Below, one piece after another: positions 10,307-19,476 of a DNA stretch of 30,359 nt. Under the pieces are notes generated by a model. It made no database searches. It saw only the letters and a list, made by a program, of their open reading frames with translations, and was not told the origin of the DNA. This DNA is from Azolla caroliniana (Eukaryota; Plantae; Polypodiophyta). Positions within the stretch are counted from its first letter, which is position 1. Every line of letters begins with the position of its first letter. The position numbers and the translations under genes are program-made. The DNA is taken from positions 1 through 30,359 of the forward strand of contig JBHGNT010000374.1 in assembly GCA_043228905.1 (NCBI GenBank), in the 5' to 3' direction.

Positions 10307-11980
10307 TTTTTTTTTTTTTTTTTTTTTTAAAATGAAGCTACTTTCCCATTAGTTAGGAATGATTATTACATAGAGAGTCTACAAGGAGACTTATACACAC
10401 ATCGGGGAGTCTTCCTCCGATCAAGTAAAAGAAGATGAGCCTACTTACAATGCCTTGCGGCCTAACTTAATGTAAGAAGCTACCTATATCTAAGGCGATG
10501 CCCTTCAATGTTGCCTAGTACGAGTCGGCTCTTGGGGCCTACAACGAAGAGAGGGTGGCAGGTGAGTAGGAAACAACCAGCGTGGGGGCTGGTAATTCCA
10601 CATCAGGCCACTCCCGCCTTGCATCACCATAGGTGTGTTCCTCCATTTCTGCCAAAAGCACAACCGGGCAGAGATCACGTCGTTGGAGTGGCTGCAAATC
10701 TCTTCCAGTTGCCCTCGTAGGCAGCTGATAATCGCGAACCATATGTCCATGATCCCTTCCTCCGGGGGCCGTACTGTACCTTGGAAAACCTTGAGGCAAC
10801 AAGGTGAAACCTGCGATCAACATCCAGATTTTTGGAAACCTATGGAATGCGGGCTACAAGCCTCTTTCGAAACGGATCTTGACGATTTTGCCTCTCATAC
10901 ATAGGACCAACTATCTGCATTGACGGTGTCCGTCCACCCTTCGACCGAGTGACCAATTCATGCCGCAGCGCTCCACGAGGCTGTTCCTTGAACTTCACAT
11001 GCCACAAGGAGGCGAGTCACGCTATCCCAGATCTTTTGAGCTTGAGGGCAATCCCACAGACAATGTCTCATAGTCTCAATAGGTCGAGAGCACAGTGGGC
11101 AGCCTAACGGGCCGCCGCGTTTACCTAGCCATTCACCAACGGGCACCACATTATGACCGATCTGCCACCAAAAGAGCTTGATCTTTTCAAGCATGTGGAG
11201 GCACCAGAGACCTTTCCAAAAGGTAATGAGCGCCTCATCGGGGATGCCCAATGTTCGCCAGCCATTGCGAAGGGGGCTGTCCAACTGCAATTGCAAAGTC
11301 CGACCCAATTTAGTGGTGTAATCGAAGAAGTGATGGAGTCTATCATCATGTTTCCATCTGAAATCCCCTGGGTCCCAATCCAAATTGACAAGGGGGCGAC
11401 AGCCATATACCCATAACCTCCAATGGGGTTTCACCTTAGCAACATCCGGGTCTGTCTTCCAGATGTTGTCAACCTGTGCCACCACTCGGATTGGGTGCCA
11501 AGAGCCCCTGCTCTGACTGTCCCCAAAAACTGTATCTCTCCCCGATCCGCTCACACCCTTTAGGGACTTGACCATTCCAACCTCGTCAAAGAGACCGAAC
11601 CATGCATGTTCTCTCACCTCCCCCATCGGAACCCTGTCAACTGCCTCAACTATCAGTCTCCACATTTTCGTAGCTCCCTTGAGGGGAGGGAAAAGGTCCT
11701 CTTGGGCTCTTCTTGAAACAGCCATGCGTCTCCAATCGTCTATAGATAGGAGGCTTGTTTGTGCCAGCTTTCCCTATGCTAAGCCCTTAAGTTGCCCTAG
11801 CATCGTGTCGTCACTTGTTCGCACGTGAGGATTCCAGAATAGTGGCTGTCTAGTCCATTCGGTCAATGTCTCCGGGGTGTGTTTGGCCAAATGTTGTCGT
11901 AGATGGCACCATGCCCGCAAGATGGAGTTCGCGACCCTGTCCTCCGGATGGCAAGGCTGAATTGGTGCAAGGTTCCAATC
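10307..11980 (-). mobile_element. 5'-truncated L1-clade LINE (C-terminal ORF2 with zf-RVT domain and poly(A) tail)
   Basis: T22 run at 10307-10328 is poly(A) on the minus strand. The frame reads SILRAWCHLR..EWTRQPLFWNP into ORF 11725-10958, with FWKGLW..EKIKLFWWQIGHNVVP and CPLCSRPIETMRHCLWDC (CCHC). Broken C-terminus ends WNYQPPRWLFP. No clear TSD; 5' limit approximate. Confidence 0.9.
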
Positions 11981-13222
11981 TCTTTTCCTCTCTTATTGAG
12001 AAGAGGGTTTATTTTGCTTATTGGTCAATTTTGGGGTCATTTAGGTTTTCTTCTTCTTCAATTTCTTTCTTTTTTAGGGTTTCGCCATTTGGTTTTGGGA
12101 TTTTAGCAACTAGCAATTGATTCTTGCATGTATATTAATGTATTCCTCCCATCAACGAGGAAAGGATTAATATATGATTGATTCAATATGTGAAGCTTAT
12201 CAATCAATATATGTGCTACATATCAATCACACTATTGGCTATACAACATTTCTTTCTAGTGCACCTTTTCCTTAGATTATGTAGTTTGCAAGAAAAATAC
12301 AAATGCAAAACCAACTTACTATAATAATGAAATATGTTTCAAATCAAACCACCATTACACCTAAGGTTCAAAATGATGTTTCCAAAAAACAATAATTCAT
12401 TAGACTAAAGGAAAGTATTGGAAACGGTTCTACATTAGGTTTAGGGTTTACGAAAGTAATGGAAACTATTCTACCTTATTTCACTTAGTGGAATATGTTA
12501 CTAAACCCCAAAATGAGATCTTCTTTTCATATTTCATCTATCTAGTCAATATTGTAGCTCTTGTTACATGCAAATGAACACAATCTCAATCTTAAGATAT
12601 ATCTAAGTTGGGATTTAAACCTAATAACATTTCTCCTAAGGTAATAAAGTTGACAAAAAATTTACCATGTAGTCAACCTCCATGCTGAAATTTACCAAAA
12701 TCGACGATCTTCACCATACTTTTCATAAAACAAATAATCATCTTAAAATAGAAAAATTAAAAGTTAAAAAACTTAAAACTTAAAATAGAAAGCAACTTAT
12801 AATATACTTGAACCCTAAAACTTAAAACATAAATCAACACATGACATCCTTTTAACAGAAATCCACTTTAAACATCGTAAACAAGAATGCACCGATCTGC
12901 AAAACCGCTCAAGCTATCTTTATGGCTCATCTGGAGATGATGGCAAGATGCGGCCACAATTCTTGCAACAATCAGTATTCGAGTCCGTTGATCTAAATGT
13001 CAAGACATCACGTTTAATTGAAAATTTAAGACAAAGATGTAATTAGCTAGAATATGATTAAGATGTGCCTCTGTAACAATATGAATCAAGTGTGCCTCTG
13101 TAATTAATTGGAGGATGAATCAACTTTGATTACCAATAGGGGGTTTAGGGATTAATGTGACTTAAAATGTGATTAATTTATTCCTTAATATGTTCGTTTT
13201 TTGGCCTCTTTTTTTTTTAACA

Positions 13223-14118
13223 GGTTGGGCGACTTGTTTATGAGGAGAGATGTTTTTTACGAGGGTTGGGAGACTTGATTTGTCCAATAGGGTGACCTAA
13301 GTAATAGGTTGGGCGACATGTTTAATAGGTTTGGTGACCATATAAAAACAGGTTAGGTGACTTGTTTATGAGAAGAGATGTTTTTTAAGAGGGTTGGGAG
13401 ACCTGATTTATACAATAGGGTGACATGAGTAATAGGTTGGGTGACCATATTAAAACAGGTTGGGCAACCTGTTTATGAGAAGAGATGTTTTTGAAGAGGG
13501 TTGGGAGACCTAATTTATAAATAGGTTGGGAGACCATATTAAAACAGGTTGGACGACCATATTTAAGAGGGTTGGGTGACCTGGTTTACAATAACGAGTT
13601 GCTTTTAAAGAGGTTGTGCAACCTGTTTATGAGAAGAGATGTTTTTTACAAGGGTTGGGAGACCTGATTTATACAACAGGGTGACTTGAGTAATAGGTTG
13701 GGCGACCATATTTAAGAGGGTTGGGTGACCTGGTTTACGATAATGAGTTGTTTTTATAGAGGTTGCGCAACCTGTTTATGAGAAGAGATGTTTTTTACGA
13801 GGGTTGGGAGACCTGATTTATACAACAGGGGTGATTTGAGTAATAGGTTGGGCGACCATATTTAAGAGGGTTGGGTGACCTGGTTTACGATAATGAGTTG
13901 TTTTTATAGAGGTTGCGCAACCTGTTTATGAGAAGAGATGTTTTTTACGAGGGTTGGGAGACCTGATTTATACAACAGGGGTGATTTGAGTAATAGGTTG
14001 GGCGACCAATTTTTAAGAGGGTTGGGCGACCATATTAAAACATGTTGGGTGACTGGTTTACGAGAAGATATATTTTTTAAACAGGTTAGACGACCATATT
14101 TAAGAGGGTTGGGTGACC
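13223..14118. repeat. Array of 27 copies of a 12-bp quasi-palindromic motif GGTTGGG(C/T/A)GACC with a 149-150 bp higher-order repeat
   Basis: Motif starts at 13223, 13264, 13307, 13328, 13351, 13392 ... 14084, 14107. Spacings are only 21-25 or 41-44 bp. Higher-order units start at 13612, 13761 and 13911. Confidence 0.95.
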
Positions 14119-14755
14119 TGAATAGTTATGAAATAACATATGTATGGAAACAACATATCTTTGAAAAACAACAGACACAAATCACACTATGAGTGAGAAA
14201 TCAACATATCTTTGAAAAACAGGTTTAGGGGCTAGAGACCAACACTTGAGATAAACAACTTTTCCATTAATAAGAATTTTCGATATACAATGAGTCGCTG
14301 CTCGCTATACAAAAAGTGGTGACCATATTACAACATCCGTTAATAACAAAATATAAGACCACATTTACAACATCCACTCCGGTACAAATAACATGACGAT
14401 ATTTACAATATTCGTCGTATACATAATATCCATTATATGACAACCAAGGTCTAATATCTATGGCCATGACAGCCATGACAAAATTTCTATAGCCAATCCA
14501 AAATTTACAATATGGGGCTACCAGTCCCAGGTGCAAACCCCACTACCCTTCGTGCCCACGCGTGCACATGAATTCGAAGTGAATCCACTTCGTGTTTGGT
14601 GAACCACATCTTTGTGCCCTGTCACCAAATATGTATAAGAACATAGCTATACAAAAACCACATGAATAAGACATTTCCGGATGCACTTACAAAAGCCGGA
14701 GATACCCATCCTCGTCAGAACTCCTTGACCAACATCTACATAGTCTTCATCACGT

Positions 14756-15387
14756 TGTTGTGAGGATTCACGACCACGGTGCGAAAACCGGGGTTGTAGG
14801 GATATTGGCGAAGTGCATCGTGTGCACTTGCTCTTGTAAAAGATGTACAAAGGTAGCGGGTTCCTTTAAGGCGCCGAATAGGAGTTAAGTTGGGATAGAG
14901 AATCCCATGTAATACGGGATTTATCCCACATTGTTACACACCTCCCTCCTTGTGCTATAAAAGGAAGGGAGGGTCCCTTGGAAAAGGGTTTGCCCATTTT
15001 GAGTTAGGAGGTATACCACTTAGGTCGAAGGTGTGTTAGTTTTCTCTTCTCCTTACTTTAGGGTTTCTTTTAGCTCTTCTTTGTGTCTGTTTAGGGTTTA
15101 GTCCGGTCGGGAGCCCGCATGTACTAGTGGTTTCATTTCTGCTTTGTCTCCTATGCAAGACCCCGCTTGGTGCGACGAGCCCGAGAACTCCCCGACCGAC
15201 GGCTTGGCAGCAGACAACTATCGTAACCTGATCTACCTAGGTTTGGCTCAGAGTCGGAGATGTATCATGTTGTCTTGTAAATATAGATATAAAAGGTTGT
15301 GCATATTTGTGTCTTTGTTGGTGTCGGGTGCGTTTCTTTCTTTTGTTTCCTATACATAAGAGGCGTGCATTGAGTCGGTGTTGCACA

Positions 15388-15431
<44 letters not shown>

Positions 15432-15590
15432 TTCGGTAGACTTCGGTACGCTTTTGGAATCGTTCCGGTTTGCGCCACAGCCGGTGCAGCTGATACCGGA
15501 GAGAGTTGGTCTCCTGACATCCATCTCTTCCTCGTCCGAGACCCCCGTGGTCCCGCTCCTTTTGACACGAACTCGCGGATTTCCATGACA
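14756..15590 (+). mobile_element. Solo LTR (835 bp) with 4-bp TSD ACGT
   Basis: TG..CA ends (tgttgtgagg / ttccatgaca) form an 18-bp inverted repeat differing only by transitions. ACGT at 14752-14755 and 15591-15594. TATA-like ctataaaagg near 14955. Excision restores the Ulp1 frame. Confidence 0.85.
15391..15428. repeat. (TC)n microsatellite inside the solo LTR
   Basis: Direct reading. Confidence 0.95.
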
Positions 15591-15735
15591 ACGTAAAAGC
15601 CACAATCTTAACCATTTGGCTGAGTTGGGATATGCAATACGTGATGTCGAACGTTGGACATGTGGTCTGATAGTTCAGATGAAATGGTATGAATCACGAT
15701 TTCTGCAAGACTCTGCACGTTGCTAGTCGTCGCGT

Positions 15736-16632
15736 TGTCGTAGTGTAGTCCGCACACTACATGAAAAATGTTAAAATAATATATCCGATTTAAGTACATA
15801 TATATAAATAAAAGAAAATATTAAAATATTTATTATATGCATAGGGCAAGATTCGAATCTTGTACCTCCATGTAAACAAACCAAAACTTTACCATTGTAT
15901 TAACTTATCATAAGTGTTATAAATATAGATTTAATAGCTATAAGACTTTTATTTATGCCTACCTTTATTAAAAGGTAAATCATGCATTTTTAGAGTGCGT
16001 AAATACTTTATTTACAAGAAAAATATAAACCAATACTCGTGCACATCTAGCGTGCATGAACACTATATTTAGGAAATAAAAGCATAGTGGAAAAAGGCAA
16101 CTCATGCACATTTAGTGTGCATGAACACTTGAGAAAAGGCAGGAAGCTATGCTTAGTCTCTCCCATCCTTATATAAGGAGGAGAGAAAGATGTATAGGGT
16201 TGTTGATTATTTTGTAAGGATTGACCAATATAATATATTTGTGAGATTCACGAATTGTCATCTAAATTGTCTCTTACTATCTAAATATTGATTAAATACA
16301 CTAAACTCGTGGGATTCACGAGATTCATAACTTACCTCTTTCTACCTATTCATTATAAGGAGGAGAGAAAGATGTATAGGGTTGTTGATTATTTTGTAAG
16401 GATTGACCAATATAATATACTTGTGAGATTCACGAATTATCATCTAAATTGTCTCTTACTATCTAAATATTGATTAAATACACTAAACTCGTGGGATTCA
16501 CGAGATTCATAACTTACCTCTCTTTCTACCTTTTCATTACTAGCCTTATCTCATATTCTTCTTTTTCCTAGTCCAAAACCTCAGTGGTTCCCACCTGACT
16601 CACGCAACGATCCAAAGCCGAAAGGCACGACA
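15736..16632 (+). repeat. 5' LTR of the Gypsy element (about 897 bp)
   Basis: Starts tgtcgt where the Ulp1-like sequence stops and ends acgaca (6-bp inverted termini) 4 nt before the PBS. No second LTR is available for confirmation. Confidence 0.7.
16172..16538. repeat. Near-perfect 183-bp tandem duplication within the Gypsy LTR
   Basis: tataaggaggagagaaagatgtatagggttgttg...ttacctct occurs twice, at about 16172 and 16355, with few differences. Confidence 0.95.
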
Positions 16633-16636
16633 CAAG

Positions 16637-16654
16637 TGGTGAACCCAGCGTGAA
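16637..16654 (+). promoter_or_regulatory. Primer-binding site complementary to the 3' end of tRNA-Trp
   Basis: tggtgaacccagcgtgaa vs TGGTGAACCCGACGTGAA (complement of the plant cytosolic tRNA-Trp 3' end, recalled from memory): 16/18 match. Confidence 0.75.
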
Positions 16655-16670
16655 ACCGGGTGGCAAGGAG

Positions 16671-18709
16671 ATGGAAATTCAACCAGAGGCTAACAACATG
16701 ATGGCGATGTTCGAGCGGATGCTACAAGAACAACGCGCGATGTCGGAGATTGTGGCGGCAGTAGAGCAGCTAATGCAACAAAACGAGGATTTCAATGGGA
16801 AAGATGTGTCACGGTATTTACGAGATTACAAGGTGGAAATGCTACGGTGCGGAATTTCGGAAGGATTACAAGTGACATCCTTCAACCGGGTGGCGATCGA
16901 CGGTCTTCAAGGAAGTATCCACGAGATACGACAACAGAATCCGACATGGGAAGCATTTGAAGAGGCCCTAAAGACCACGTTCGCCATCGAGGACTCCTCC
17001 AAGGCAATGAAGAGAGGATTCGAAGATTGGGTGGAAACGCTGGACAAGGGGATGAAGGTCCTCGATGTGTTTTCGGCATTCGAAAGTCGGTTCGGGTGGT
17101 TGTCCATGAGAGATCAAGCTATCCTCGCACCGGACAAAGTGATCATGTTCCTACGAGCTGTGGACATCCGGGACCAGAAAGACCTTGGAGTGCTTCTAGA
17201 GGACACGACCACCGAGAGTGGCCTCATCGATACATGGGATAACGTGCGAGATATCGTCGCACGATACACAAAGAGGGGGCAATGGCTTGCTAACAAAGAA
17301 AAGAGGGTTTCGGAACCGATTCCGAAATCGAGATCTGGATTGGAAGACCATCAACCGTGGACTCGGGAGTCTACGACCGAGAAGGGAATCGACGCAACCA
17401 CGGTGGAGAGTTGCTGAAGGAGATGGAGAATCTAAAAATCGCGATGGTGAAGAAGTCGGATGACCGTCCCACAAATTCCAAGTATATGGACCGTCGGTGT
17501 ATATGGTGTGATAGCACCGAAGATGATCAGAGGGATTGTGACGAGCACAAGGAGGCATGACAACGAGATCTTATCTACTACGAGGGAAATCAGATTCATT
17601 CGATGGACTCTCGGAAGGCACTCCAACCAAACTTCCGGAAAGGCGGCATGAAGAAGATCCTAGAGGAGGAAATAACGGCGAAAGGTAATTATGCGACAAT
17701 TGCTGGAATAAGTGTGGGTGAGTCATTGGGAGCAAAGGCGTCTTTTTGGCCGGATGTGCTAGAAGACCCCGAGAAAACCGACTCCAATGAGATCCGAAGC
17801 ACCGCGGAAGGCATCCATGAAGCTACGGGATGGGAGTGCCCCGTCGATAAGAATAGCGTGTACGCCTTATGTCAATTGCATGAAGTGTATATAGACGAGA
17901 AACGATGGCGCACAGATGATGCAGCCGGACCATCGAAGACACCGGAAAGTTGGAACTCCGGAGGGAAGGGAAAAGAAAAGGCGATTCCGGCATTCAAGCT
18001 CGCCTCGAACATCGAACAACAAACGGACTTGAAAAAGGTGTTCGAGGAGAGAATCCTCGATAGCCAGGTAGAATTTTCGCTTCGGGAATTACTCGGAATA
18101 GCGAAGGAGTTCCACGATCTTCTTGTGGATCTTGTGAAGAGGAAAAGACAAAGTACGGAGGAAAATGCTCCAAGGGTGAATGCAAATACCGTTTTAATGA
18201 ATGACACCGAATTGGAGGACGAAATTCCGAACTCCCACTACACAAGGCCACATTGGGCACGTGCAACTACGAAGACTCTGGTTCGAATTGGCAACATCAA
18301 AGAGCCCATGCTAGCATTGATTGATCACGGATCGGAGATCAACTTGATGTCCAAGGAGTTCTACTGGATGGGGAAGTGGCCTATTAATACTAATCATGGA
18401 TGGAAGATTCGGGCAGCCACTAAAGCAACATAAGACCTATTTGTGGCTTGTCTGGATGTGACAGTGAAGATCGGAGATGTGGAGATAGACCAAAATTTCT
18501 TCGTGCAAGATGAGGTCTCACACTCCGTGATCCTCGGGCAACCCTTTATCACGGCATCACGGATGGAGACGAAGGTGCTCGATAGCAGTGCGGCTTTCGC
18601 ACGAATTCAGAGTCAAAGCGGAGGGAAATCCGTCCAATTCCTAACTATGCCTGTGAATCATGAAAGGAACAAGAGGGAGCTCTTGTCCCAAACAAAGATG
18701 GATTTTTAG
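16671..18709 (+). pseudogene. Gypsy gag-protease ORF, broken
   Basis: Gag motif FNGKDVSRYL; decayed zinc knuckle RCIWCDSTEDDQRDC; aspartic protease ALIDHGSEINLM and VILGQPF; ends KMDF*. Confidence 0.88.
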
Positions 18710-19168
18710 AGTGGGGAAGTGATAGTCCAAGAAGCCTTGATACCCCACATAGGAAGAAAACTCTCGGAGCAAAACAAGTACGAATCGGTCTGGATGGGGC
18801 ATCCACTTACACGGCCGTAACCGGAGGAATGAAGAAAGAATACCGAAAAGTAGAGGATAAGTTACACGGTCGGAATCAATAATAAAAGAAGACGAAGAAA
18901 TCATGGGAGTAGTCGAAGAAGTGTTCTATGGGAGCACGCTACAACGGCTTGAAGAGCTTGCAAAAGAAAATAGCCAGGGAGACCGGGTAGTTCCGGTGGA
19001 ATCGGTCGAGATGTACAAGATCATTGCGAAAATGGGGCCGGATGCGCTCCGCAAAGAAGAAGCAATGGTAAGTACGAAATACAAGACCGTGGAGAAGAAA
19101 GTGAAACTGGTCGCGGGACCGCTACCCGCCGATAGCGAGCAAAAGAGGAAAGAAGTCTCGGGACATCC
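18710..19168 (+). pseudogene. Gypsy pol, pre-RT part upstream of the Copia-A insertion
   Basis: STKYKTVEKKVKLVAGPLP..KEVSG continues in frame as DPTVRKSMDIRHAFTDET at 27691 when Copia-A is removed. Confidence 0.8.
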
Positions 19169-19476
19169 TGTTGGGAAACAAGGCCGTCAATGTGGAAGTG
19201 CAAGCAACATTCGTGATGAAGAAGAACCTGTGTATGCACATGAGCAAGATAGACAGAGAGAGAGAGAGAGAGAGAGATAGGCACAAAGAAGACGTTTTAT
19301 TTCTTAGCAACAGTTACAACAACGACCACCAACAACACCAACTAAAGGTTACAAAGTTACTTTATATAGTGACTGTCCTAGGGCAACTGCCCTTTATGCT
19401 ATTTACAAAAATAACCCAAACTTGGGTTGTCCAAAGGGACAGTGTGAATACATCCATTATACACTCATATTCGACA
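19169..19476 (-). repeat. Copia-A 3' LTR (308 bp, contains (AG)n)
   Basis: tgttgggaaac...tattcgaca; matches 27368-27690; PPT adjacent. Confidence 0.95.

Larger units (their letters stand above)
10199..15735. mobile_element. Probable Mutator-like (Ulp1-carrying) DNA transposon, one arm only; host of the LTR insertions and possibly of the L1
   Basis: Ulp1 pseudogene, motif array, and two reverse-oriented copies of the same motif at 10219 and 10241 just inside a G+A-run (gcgaaaaaaaa) resembling a MULE end. The transposase and second terminus are not in the window; boundary and superfamily are inferred. Confidence 0.5.
14505..15735 (-). pseudogene. Ulp1-like (peptidase C48) cysteine protease C-terminal part, transposon-borne, interrupted by a solo LTR
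   Basis: Removing 14756-15590 plus one ACGT restores HIPTQPNG*DCGFYVMKTM*MLVKEF*RGWVSPAF. After a GTAAGT..GACAG intron (14690-14619) it reads GTKMWFTKHEVDSLRIHVHAW...SPIL*. P.Q.NG.DCG.YV is the C48 catalytic Gln/Cys motif. Confidence 0.8.

Noticed and set aside
10290-12000. Target-site duplication for the L1
   Set aside because: The sequence left of the poly(T) does not match the sequence beyond the 5' truncation, so no TSD is claimed.
13223-14118. CRISPR-like repeat-spacer array
   Set aside because: The repeat is only 12 bp, linkers recur in higher-order units instead of being unique, there are no cas genes, and the context is eukaryotic.
12070-14232. Scattered TTTAGGG/CCCTAAA motifs as interstitial telomere
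   Set aside because: Isolated single or double copies, not an array.
15144-15615. Several overlapping ORFs with ERERER or SLSLSL runs (also near 19250 and 27460)
   Set aside because: These are translations of (TC)n/(AG)n microsatellites inside LTRs.
15841-15908. Functional tRNA gene
   Set aside because: Acceptor, D and anticodon stems do not pair properly; kept only as a tRNA-like relic.
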